This document shows, one piece after another, positions 9,666 to 17,632 of a stretch of DNA of 64,000 nt. The notes beneath the pieces were generated by a model, which was not told where the DNA came from, searched no databases, and saw only the letters and a program-made list of their open reading frames with translations. Source of the DNA: Planctomycetota bacterium (lineage in GTDB: Bacteria > Planctomycetota > UBA8108 > SXIK01); the NCBI GenBank assembly GCA_965223845.1, contig CBDCXR010000004.1, forward strand, positions 2,464,001-2,528,000, written 5' to 3'. Each line of letters begins with the position of its first letter. Position 1 is the stretch's first letter. A program made the position numbers and the translations under genes.

Positions 9666-10432
9666 GAGTTGGAGAGTTCGGGGGAATGTGTTGTTCGCGT
9701 CTCCGCCAGAGCTCTTTTCTCTTGGCATTCCGGGTGGAGCCATCTCTGGTTACCCGTCGCCAGTGAGCACCGAGGAGTTGGTGCCGGCGAGTTCGGGTCG
9801 GGCGGGTGTTCCTTTCCCGCTCTCCCCACCGGGCGTGCTCAGCGAATGGAAGTAGGAGATTGAGTTCTTCTCTCTGGTTCCCGCTAGGGACCCGGGACGA
9901 AGCACTCAACATGTGGTGTCTTGGCGATTCGGTCAGACTCCTCGACGCGGCGAGTTCGACATCGTCGGGTGCAATTCCCGTCGGCGAAGTGTCGAAGCGT
10001 CACTCGCGATCCGGTTGCCGCCGGTTCACGCACTATGCTGCGCGTAGAGAGTCCCGTCCGGCTCGCTAGGTGGTTGGTCTCACACGATTCACACTCTCGA
10101 GACTTCGCGCTCTCGCGCCGGAGATGAGCGTTTGCCCGTGGGAACGCACTTCGAATTGGCGCAGACGTGAACGAATCGCGCCGGTGAACGTGGAGTCACA
10201 GCTGAGGAGGAGAAGCTGTCCGCCGCAGAGTCTCGATCGAGAGGACTTCGTGAGTCTTTCGCGAAGTTCGACCGGCCGGGTTTTCCGCGGCGAGTGCCGG
10301 AGGATCGCGCCCATGGCGCGGCGTCTGGAATCAATCCGCTGAACAAGTTCGTTTTCCGCGCGGGGCGACGCCGTTCGGAACGAACCCAGGCCGCGCCGAC
10401 GCAGCGGAGCGGCTCGAAGGGGGAAGTCGAGA

Positions 10433-11161
10433 ATGTTAGCCAACGTGCCGAGGAGCGTGCTCGAAGAGCTGACGGTCCGAGACCTCGAACAGCTTCTCGA
10501 GTGGAAAAAGAGGAATACGTCCATCGGTGATCTGCTCCGGGAACGAGACCGACTGCGTCTCGAGCTCCGGCGGGTCGAGGACGAGATCGAAGCCCTGGAA
10601 AAGGAAGATCGAGAAACGCGCGAGCGAGAGCAGACCGAGAACGGCGGTCCGGAGACGAGCTTCCTCGCCGGCAAGCGAAAGAAGAACCTGAAGGATTACA
10701 TCGCGCAGGTTCTCCTCGAAGCGGGCGAGGCTCTCTCCCCGTCCGAGATTCAAAAGCGTCTCCCGGGGGCCGGCTACCAGTCGAGCTCGACGAACCCGCG
10801 GTCGTTCTACAACACCGTCTTCCAGGCGCTCCAGCGCTACGACGCGTTCTACAAGGAGGGGAAGAAATACGCGCTCGCCGATCACGCCTCCGAACGCGCG
10901 ACGACGGCGGCGAACATCCTCCCGAAGAACAAGACTCGCTTGAAAGACTACATCGTCGACGTGCTGAGTAAGGCGCCCAGCCCGCTCAAGGTCTCCGAGA
11001 TCTCGAGTCGAGTCGTGATCGAAGGCTACGAAACCGATCTCGCGATGGACGAGCTCACGCAGCGCGTCTCGGCTACGCTCAAGAAGTACCTGAACAAGGA
11101 CTTCGACTGGGACAGCCAGCGTTACCGGCTCGCCGAGCGGACGGTGGGCGTCGCGACCTAG
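10433..11161 (+). CDS. Putative DNA-binding protein: N-terminal coiled coil plus two winged-helix repeats
   Basis: Purine-rich RBS; repeats KKNLKDYIAQVL..LSPSEI..GY and KTRLKDYIVDVL..LKVSEI..GY, each ending in a wing-like KY/RY.LA. Confidence 0.7.
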   Translation: MLANVPRSVLEELTVRDLEQLLEWKKRNTSIGDLLRERDRLRLELRRVEDEIEALEKEDRETREREQTENGGPETSFLAGKRKKNLKDYIAQVLLEAGEALSPSEIQKRLPGAGYQSSSTNPRSFYNTVFQALQRYDAFYKEGKKYALADHASERATTAANILPKNKTRLKDYIVDVLSKAPSPLKVSEISSRVVIEGYETDLAMDELTQRVSATLKKYLNKDFDWDSQRYRLAERTVGVAT

Positions 11162-11452
11162 TCCCCGGACTCGGCACGCGAGCGAGCGAAGCGGCCGGCG
11201 TCCGGTTCCGCCCGGCCGAAAACGGAAGTCCAAGCGAGCACGCCGGCGAAGTGATCGACCGAATTCGCCGCGAATTCGCCCCCCTCCGCACGCCGTCTCG
11301 TCCGCCCGTTCGGGCGAGACCGGCCGGGAAGCACGAAACGCTCGCTCCCGACAGAAGCGCCCGTCAACGCACGATCTCGCGCCTTCGACGCGACGCCGAT
11401 CTCGCGCTCGCACCACTCGATTGGAAGGCCCCGCACGGCGCTCGGATCCCGG

Positions 11453-11481
11453 TTGACAACCCCGAAGACGCGAAGTATATC
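11453..11481 (+). promoter_or_regulatory. Sigma70-like promoter upstream of tRNA-Asp
   Basis: Perfect TTGACA, 17-bp spacer, TATATC (imperfect -10). Confidence 0.45.
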
Positions 11482-11600
11482 ACTATGCTCCCTGCAGATC
11501 GGGAACGACCGAAAAGCAGGAAACCCTCACGCGAACCGCGGCGATTCACGGGTGCGCGTGGCGGCTCAACGCGAGCCGTCAAGCCCGCGCCGCACGCTGG

Positions 11601-11678
<78 letters not shown>

Positions 11679-11688
11679 AGAAACCACA

Positions 11689-11721
11689 AGGACTTACGAC
11701 TTCGAGTCGTGAGTCCTTTTT
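11689..11721 (+). terminator. Intrinsic terminator after tRNA-Asp
   Basis: Stem AGGACTTACGAC / GTCGTGAGTCCT followed by a T run. Confidence 0.75.
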
Positions 11722-11770
11722 CCTTGGTGTAGCAGAATTGTAGCATTTCACTTTCGCGTCCCCCTCTCTC

Positions 11771-12004
11771 TCACGGTTCGCGCCGAGCGTTTCGGCGCAT
11801 CCAGTTGATCAGTTCGGAACGGACGTACTGCGCACGCCGACCGGCGCGAAGAAACGGAAGCGGGTCCTTCTTGCGCCGCCTGAACACCAACAGGCGCTGC
11901 TTCGAGATCGGCTTTCCCGGCGGACCAAGAAGCTCGCGCGCTTCCTTCTCGCCGAGCAAATCGTCGCCACCTGCGGCTATCGACTCTGCTGTCATCGTCG
12001 GCAT
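11771..12004 (-). CDS. Excisionase-like (HTH_17/MerR-type) DNA-binding protein
   Basis: LLGEKEARELLG...LPFLRAGRRAQYVRSELINWM pattern; GGAG RBS. Confidence 0.7.
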   Translation of the reverse strand: MPTMTAESIAAGGDDLLGEKEARELLGPPGKPISKQRLLVFRRRKKDPLPFLRAGRRAQYVRSELINWMRRNARREP

Positions 12005-12013
12005 GCTCCCTCC

Positions 12014-12346
12014 CTACCCGCGCTTCGCGCGCTTCTTCTTGATGGTGGTTTTCTTCCTCGTCGACGCCTTTCTCTTCACCACCTTCTTCTTGTTCTTCTT
12101 CCCGCCCCGGCGCCGCGGGCGCGCGGAGCGCTTGCGGCGATAGTCGCGCTGCTCTCCCCAGGCCAGAAGGTCTCGGCCGCAATACCGAATCCCAGAGCGT
12201 TCCCCGAAACGGTAGAACTTGAGCTCCCCAGATTTTCGCGCTGCCCTTAAGACTTCGCGCGAAACACGGAGCAGGGAGGCAGCCTCCTGCTCCGTGTAAA
12301 TCTCTTCTGCGCGACCGAACGCCCCAGAGTCGGTCGTTCCCCTCAC
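12014..12346 (-). CDS. Excisionase-like HTH_17 protein with Lys/Arg-rich tail
   Basis: IYTEQEAASLLRVS..LRAARKSGELKFYRFG..IRY..DLLAW; start uncertain (GTG 12346 chosen). Confidence 0.65.
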   Translation of the reverse strand: MRGTTDSGAFGRAEEIYTEQEAASLLRVSREVLRAARKSGELKFYRFGERSGIRYCGRDLLAWGEQRDYRRKRSARPRRRGGKKNKKKVVKRKASTRKKTTIKKKRAKRG

Positions 12347-12361
12347 CTGTTCGGCATCATC

Positions 12362-12586
12362 GAAAAGGAAGTCGACCTCCCGCGAAGAGTGGCCTTCCGC
12401 CTCAGAACCACGCGGGAGCTCACCCGCGCCGAGATCCGGAAGATCGCCGAAAGACTGCGCGACGAGCGTGCGGAGCGAACGTTCATCGTCTACTATCTTC
12501 CGGGGATGGACGTCGACGCCGGAGCATGGGCGTCGTCGCACTTCAACCCCGATCTCGAGATCAGGATCTACGGCCGCGAGAAGTGA
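12362..12586 (+). pseudogene. 3' fragment of a hypothetical protein gene
   Basis: Protein-like ELTRAEIRKIAERL..RTFIVYYLPGM..GAWASSHFNPDLEIRIYG with no convincing start; abuts the HTH gene on the other strand. Confidence 0.45.
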
Positions 12587-12606
12587 CGCGGCGATAGGAT
12601 GAACGC

Positions 12607-13425
12607 ATGAAGTTCGAAGTGATTACCGAAGAGAACTTTCGGCAGCTGCCGCGATGGGCGAACGTCGCCTTCGCAGCTCGATGCGCCCGGCGGGTGCTGC
12701 ACGTATTCTTGGATTGGACGGGGGCGAGTGCCGTTCAGAAGGCCGCGGTGAAGAACGCGGTCTCGATTGCGATCGTTTATTCCTCCCGCGGCGACCAGCA
12801 CGACGACGGTCTCATCCATGTCTCCAACTCCGCCGCTCACGCCGCCGTGCGTGCCCGCGCCGACGGCGACGGCGACGTGAGGGCCTCCGCCGCCTCCCTC
12901 GCAGCCGAATCTGCCGCCGCCGCCGCAGCAGCTGCGGCGGCGGCCGGTCATCCCGGTCTCGACTGCGCCATCGCCGCCGCCTCCGCCGCCTCCGCCGCCG
13001 CCGGCGTCGGAGGCGAATTGGCCGAATCCGACTCCGACGCCGCAGATGCCTACGACGCTGTCGCCTCCGCCCAGCGGCACGACTACGAGCTCCTCCGCGA
13101 AACCGCGAAGCGCGAACACTGGACCGACGACACACTTGTATCGCCCGAGTTTTTCGGCGAGCTCTGGCCAGACGGCGAGCCGGACTGGTGGCCGAAGGCG
13201 AAGACCGTCGAGATCAAAATTAGCGCGAACGCGCAGGTGGGTGCGTCGATGGAACTCGCACCGCCACCGCTACGCGTCTACGTCGACCCGGGTGACGCGC
13301 CGCGGGACGCGATCACGGACTTTTACGTAGCGCTTGCCGCGTACTACAAGTCGTTGGGCGGATCCGGACTTCGATTCAAGGAGGACGAAATCGGAACGGT
13401 CATTCCGGCGGAGTCCGAGCTATGA
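12607..13425 (+). CDS. Ala-rich hypothetical protein (FAARCARRV motif)
   Basis: 272 aa ORF with RBS; poly-Ala helical region; distinct C-terminal module YVDPGDA..FYVALAAYYKSLGGSGLRF. Confidence 0.65.
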   Translation: MKFEVITEENFRQLPRWANVAFAARCARRVLHVFLDWTGASAVQKAAVKNAVSIAIVYSSRGDQHDDGLIHVSNSAAHAAVRARADGDGDVRASAASLAAESAAAAAAAAAAAGHPGLDCAIAAASAASAAAGVGGELAESDSDAADAYDAVASAQRHDYELLRETAKREHWTDDTLVSPEFFGELWPDGEPDWWPKAKTVEIKISANAQVGASMELAPPPLRVYVDPGDAPRDAITDFYVALAAYYKSLGGSGLRFKEDEIGTVIPAESEL

Positions 13426-13904
13426 GCGAGTTTAAGGAGCGCGAACTCGTTCAGCGGTCGGAACAGGTGCCCGCGAAAAGGGGTGACCCGCCGAATGTTT
13501 GGGACCAGTTCCTTTCGGGGCTGAAGAGTGTAGCGCAGGCTCCGTTTTTCGCGACGCGTTTCTTCCAAGCGAAAGTAGAGCAGGAGGAGGCGAAAGCCGA
13601 CGGCATGCGCCTCGACAACGCGATCAAGCGGATGGACGCGGCAAGGAGGGACTACGAGCAAGTTGTCGACGCCGAATACACCGAGAAGCGGGAGGAGAGC
13701 CAGGGGGTTCGTCAGGACGCGCTGCCGCCCGCGCGCGTCAAAGAACTGAGGGGCCAGCTCGAGAGTCCCGAGGAACCAGACGACGCCCGCGCCACCCTCA
13801 AGGCGGCGATCGAGAGGATCAAGATGGCCGGCGGTCACGTCGAGTTTGAGCTTCCAGAAGAGACCGACGACGGAGAGCTCGACGGCGAAGACGAAGCCGA
13901 GTAA
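13422..13904 (+). CDS. Hypothetical coiled-coil protein
   Basis: ATGA overlap with upstream gene; followed by a terminator. Confidence 0.65.
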   Translation: MSEFKERELVQRSEQVPAKRGDPPNVWDQFLSGLKSVAQAPFFATRFFQAKVEQEEAKADGMRLDNAIKRMDAARRDYEQVVDAEYTEKREESQGVRQDALPPARVKELRGQLESPEEPDDARATLKAAIERIKMAGGHVEFELPEETDDGELDGEDEAE

Positions 13905-13927
13905 CCACCAACGCCCACAACTGCCCG

Positions 13928-13957
13928 CCCCCGCCGGGTTCGCTCGGCGGGGGTTTT
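13928..13957 (+). terminator. Intrinsic terminator
   Basis: CCCCCGCCGGG-TTCG-CTCGGCGGGGG-TTTT. Confidence 0.75.
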
Positions 13958-13971
13958 GTCTCGAGTGAACG

Positions 13972-15186
13972 ATGGCGAATCCTGAGCATGTCGCGAAGCT
14001 GAAGAAGGGGGTGAAGGCTTGGAATGCGTGGCGGGAGGAGAATCCGGAGGTTCGGCCTGACCTTAGCGGCGCGGACCTCCGCGGCGCGGACCTCCGCGGC
14101 GCGGACCTCCGCGGCGCGGACCTCCGCGGCGCGGTCCTCAACGACGCGAACCTCGGCGGCGCGGACCTCCGCGGCGCGGTCCTCAGCGACGCGGACCTCA
14201 GTGGCGCGATCCTCAGCGGCGCAAACCTCAGCGGCGCGACCCTCCCCAGCGCGGACCTCCGCATCGCGGGCCTCCGCAGCACGAACCTCAGCGACACGAT
14301 CCTCAGCGACGCAAACCTCAGCGACGCAAACCTCGGCGACGCAAACCTCGGCGGTGCAAACCTTAGCGGCGCAATCGTCTGCCGCGCGGACCTCAGCGGC
14401 GCAAACCTCGGCTTCGCTAATCTCTACCGCGCAGACCTCAGCGAATCGAAGCTTGGCCACGCGAAACTTTGGTCGACAATCTTTGCCGAGTGCAATCTCT
14501 CATCGACCACCGGCCTCGATTCGGTCGCTCATTGGGCGCCAAGCACGATCGGCCTCGACACACTCCAGCGCTCCGGCTCGCTTCCGGAAGTGTTCCTGAG
14601 AGGCTGCGGCTACTCGAAGTGGCACGTGGAGATGGCCAAGCTCCACGACTCGAATCTCTCCGCCCACGAGATCTCGGAGATCACGAACTCCATTTTCCTC
14701 GCACGCGTCGAAGGCCCGCTCTACCTCGGCGGCTTTTTCATCTCGTACTCGCGCGACGATGGCGAGCTCGCCGAGAAGCTGCGCGTTTCGCTAATCGAGG
14801 CTGACGCGTCGGTATGGATGGACGTACACGATGCGGTTGGTGGCCCACTCGAGCGTCAGATCGTCGACGCGGTTCGGCTGAACGACATCGTGCTGCTCGT
14901 TCTTTCCGAGCGATCGGTGAACAGCGAGTGGGTCGAAGGAGAGCTCCGCACGGCGAACCGGAAGGCGAAGGAAGAGAAGCGGGACGTGATCCTGCCGATC
15001 GCTCTCGACAAGTCGTGGGAACCGAAGGTCGAAGCGGAGCCGGTGCTCTGGCGGCAGGTTCAGCGGTGCAATGTGCTCGACTTCTCGGAGTGGCAAGATT
15101 CGGCGAAGTTCAGCGAGCAGTTCGAGAAGGTGCTCGCTGGCGCGAAGCGGTATTACGCGCCGAAGGCGAAGGAGACAGCCCCATGA
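13972..15186 (+). CDS. Pentapeptide-repeat plus C-terminal TIR domain protein
   Basis: MANPEHVAKL..GVKAWNAWR N-terminus, A(D/N)LxG repeats, TIR motifs FFISYSRDD, LVLSERSVNSEWVEGEL, ILPIALD. Confidence 0.9.
   Translation: MANPEHVAKLKKGVKAWNAWREENPEVRPDLSGADLRGADLRGADLRGADLRGAVLNDANLGGADLRGAVLSDADLSGAILSGANLSGATLPSADLRIAGLRSTNLSDTILSDANLSDANLGDANLGGANLSGAIVCRADLSGANLGFANLYRADLSESKLGHAKLWSTIFAECNLSSTTGLDSVAHWAPSTIGLDTLQRSGSLPEVFLRGCGYSKWHVEMAKLHDSNLSAHEISEITNSIFLARVEGPLYLGGFFISYSRDDGELAEKLRVSLIEADASVWMDVHDAVGGPLERQIVDAVRLNDIVLLVLSERSVNSEWVEGELRTANRKAKEEKRDVILPIALDKSWEPKVEAEPVLWRQVQRCNVLDFSEWQDSAKFSEQFEKVLAGAKRYYAPKAKETAP
14066..14134 (+). repeat. Perfect 15-bp tandem repeat (GCGGCGCGGACCTCC)x4+ encoding GADLR
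   Basis: Directly visible in sequence. Confidence 0.85.
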
Positions 15187-15686
15187 GCCCGATTCGGCTT
15201 GAATCAGAAGACTCCAATTTCAAAGGAATGACGTTCGAGCAGAGAATCTTCCGCATTCTTCGCTCGTTCCAATCGCTTTGCCCCGAACGCCTTGTTTCGC
15301 TCACGCATCAACCGCGGATCAGACTCGTGACAGGCGAGTTTCGTGTCCCCGATTTCCAACTGATCGTCGAACGCGGCGCAACACGAGACTGGTGGTTGAT
15401 CGAATGTCAAGATCGTAAGAAGAGTTCGAACGCGATTCTGGAGAAGCTCTCGCACATTCGACAATTCGGTCGTCAGGGCGCAGGAGATACGCTCCCGACA
15501 ACGAAATTCTTGTTCGTCCACGGACACGCACTCTCCGACGCCTTCCGACAACAAATGAGGGCTAGTGTCGGAGCGCACTGTATGGATCCGGGCGAGCTCG
15601 AGCTTTGGCTTCGCACTCTCATTGTCGATGTCAAACCGGTGAAACCACCGTCGATAAATTCTTCGAGCCCGATCCCATACCCATGA
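15183..15686 (+). CDS. PD-(D/E)xK restriction-endonuclease-fold protein (Mrr-like)
   Basis: GMTFEQRI (helix E), FRVPDF (PD), LIECQD (ExQ in place of ExK); ATGA overlaps at both ends. Confidence 0.6.
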   Translation: MSPIRLESEDSNFKGMTFEQRIFRILRSFQSLCPERLVSLTHQPRIRLVTGEFRVPDFQLIVERGATRDWWLIECQDRKKSSNAILEKLSHIRQFGRQGAGDTLPTTKFLFVHGHALSDAFRQQMRASVGAHCMDPGELELWLRTLIVDVKPVKPPSINSSSPIPYP

Positions 15687-15991
15687 CCCCCGGCCGAAAG
15701 ATCCTGAACCTCCGGCTCGATGCCGGGATCAAACAGCAGGAGCTCGCGAAGATGGCCGGCGTCTCGCCCGCGGCGATCTCCAAGATCGAGACGTACGAGC
15801 ATGAACGGAACCCGCGTGCGAACGTGCTACACGCGATCGCTCGCGCGCTGTGGGTGACGGCTGACTACCTGCTCGACGAGGAGGCGCCGTACCCTCCGCC
15901 GGTTGGTGAGGATCCGCCGACAGTTGAGCGGCCCCGGGAGATGGTGGAGATGCGGGTGACGCTCGAGGAGCGGGCGGTGACCGCGCGATGA
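15683..15991 (+). CDS. XRE-family HTH regulator (copy 1)
   Basis: GIKQQELAKMAGVSPAAISKIE..NPRANVLHAIARALWVTADYLL. Confidence 0.85.
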   Translation: MTPGRKILNLRLDAGIKQQELAKMAGVSPAAISKIETYEHERNPRANVLHAIARALWVTADYLLDEEAPYPPPVGEDPPTVERPREMVEMRVTLEERAVTAR

Positions 15992-16098
15992 AGACGAAAG
16001 CCAAGCTCACCCTCTGGCTGCTGAAGCACCGGAAGTGGCTGATTCCGGCGGGGATTTTGGTCGCGGCGGGCGTGGCTTGGTGGGTTTGGGGGCGTTGA
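15988..16098 (+). CDS. 36-aa basic/hydrophobic membrane peptide (copy 1), absent from ORF track
   Basis: MKTKAKLTLWLLKHRKWLIPAGILVAAGVAWWVWGR; ATGA-coupled to XRE; paralog at 27905. Confidence 0.7.
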   Translation: MKTKAKLTLWLLKHRKWLIPAGILVAAGVAWWVWGR

Positions 16099-16271
16099 GA
16101 AACCGCAAAGGCCGAAATTCGGGAGAGCGTAGGTTCGCAGACCGATAACGCCAGTACGAGCGGAACTGGCGCGAACGGGCACGGCTACTGGGGTAAGATT
16201 GGAGTGGCCTAATCTCTGTCGAAATCGACCCTCTAACGTCATCACATCTGCAGAAAACTCAGGCGCGTGCC

Positions 16272-17039
16272 GTGACGAAGTACAAACACAAGCAAGTCCA
16301 GCAGATATTTGAAGTCCGGTATGAGCGCGGATATCGCTATCTCGACCGATGCGGCGAGACGATGCTTGCCCTAGAGGAATCGCTCGAGCAGTTGACAGGC
16401 GCACTGTGGATGCCGGCTGAGGCTAAGCCCACCGGGGCGCGGCTTGTTTGTCCCGACCTCGACACGGTGATAGCGTTCGACACAACCCGCCTTGTCGTCG
16501 ATCAGACGCCGGGAGAGCGTCCGCAATTCTCGAACATCGCGGAAGAGGCCTACGCCGTGGTCAAGACCCAACTAGTTCTTCAGACGATCGTCCGGTACGG
16601 AAGTAGAAACGTCTATCGGGTGGCCAGGGACTCCGTGTCAGATGCTCGAACACTCGCCGTCAAATTTTCTGCCAAGCCGTTTCCGAAGATCGCAGATGAA
16701 TGGAAATTGAAGGACACGGACCTAAACTGCACCTTCCACAAAGATGAAGATCGCGGCATGAGGGTTGTCCTGAAGGCCGCCCAGAGCGTCAACGCCCCCG
16801 TGCAGATTCCAAGCGATCAGCTTGAGGCGCATCCACGCACGCTGAGCAAGGGGCAGCGGAAGGCGTTTCTGGATTACATCGACCGCAAGAAGCGTAGGGA
16901 GCAGGACCCCTCCGCATGGGTGGTAGTCGATCTCGATTGCTTTCACATGCGACCGGGGATGCGAATCGAGGAATTTCTTCAGGACGCCGGGGCCTCGCAC
17001 AGCGAGTTCCTGGAGAAGATCGTGAGGCCTAATCAATGA
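16272..17039 (+). CDS. TIGR04255-like protein
   Basis: N-terminal QIFEVRY, central RYGSRNVY and C-terminal VVVDLDCF resemble the family pattern. Confidence 0.5.
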   Translation: MTKYKHKQVQQIFEVRYERGYRYLDRCGETMLALEESLEQLTGALWMPAEAKPTGARLVCPDLDTVIAFDTTRLVVDQTPGERPQFSNIAEEAYAVVKTQLVLQTIVRYGSRNVYRVARDSVSDARTLAVKFSAKPFPKIADEWKLKDTDLNCTFHKDEDRGMRVVLKAAQSVNAPVQIPSDQLEAHPRTLSKGQRKAFLDYIDRKKRREQDPSAWVVVDLDCFHMRPGMRIEEFLQDAGASHSEFLEKIVRPNQ

Positions 17040-17632
17040 ACGACGGAACAGCGAGCGCATTCGAAGTGTCGACGCAGAAGCACGAATCAGGCGAAGACGT
17101 GTCGACCCTCGACACCTCGAAACTAGCCTCGACACCTCTGGTTGACGGCGAGTGGGGATTTGAAACCCAGGCTGTACGGCCGCAAATCTACCGCCGCGGC
17201 GAGGAGGGTTCGCACCGGAGGGGTGCTCCCATGCATCGCACGCACGCCCGCAAACGGCCCGAAAGCGCGGAGGTCGAGCGGGCGATTGCGATCGCCGATT
17301 CGCTCTCGGAGGGCCATGACCCGCAGACCATGACGGTGAACATCGCGGCCATCGCCGCCCATGTCGGTGAATTGTGGCGATTCGCGGATTCGAATCAAGA
17401 AGAGCGATTCGCAGTTGTGGCGTTGGCAGAGAACGCTCTCGACTCTCTAGTTCGGTCGGACTCCGCGATCAACAGGGACCAGATAATCTTCGTCCAACGC
17501 GCGCTGTACACCCTTCGCCACAAGCGGGTGACCGATACCGACGTCGAATCTGTTCGCGCGAGCTTCGTGGCCGCGGGGTTTTCTCCGTTGTCGTTCGCCA
17601 GCGGGGCCGACGACGGGGAACTCGATGACTAA
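17036..17632 (+). CDS. Hypothetical protein (disordered N-half, helical C-half)
   Basis: ATGA overlap upstream, 8-nt overlap downstream. Confidence 0.6.
   Translation: MNDGTASAFEVSTQKHESGEDVSTLDTSKLASTPLVDGEWGFETQAVRPQIYRRGEEGSHRRGAPMHRTHARKRPESAEVERAIAIADSLSEGHDPQTMTVNIAAIAAHVGELWRFADSNQEERFAVVALAENALDSLVRSDSAINRDQIIFVQRALYTLRHKRVTDTDVESVRASFVAAGFSPLSFASGADDGELDD

Noticed and set aside
9670-10430. RNase P RNA, tmRNA or cobalamin riboswitch
   Set aside because: Hallmark motifs (GAGGAAAGTCC, tmRNA ends, GCCACTG box) were not found on either strand
14066-14420. Regular 15-bp repeats (also 27270-27770) suggesting a CRISPR array
   Set aside because: No spacers; they are in-frame pentapeptide-coding repeats, and no cas genes are present
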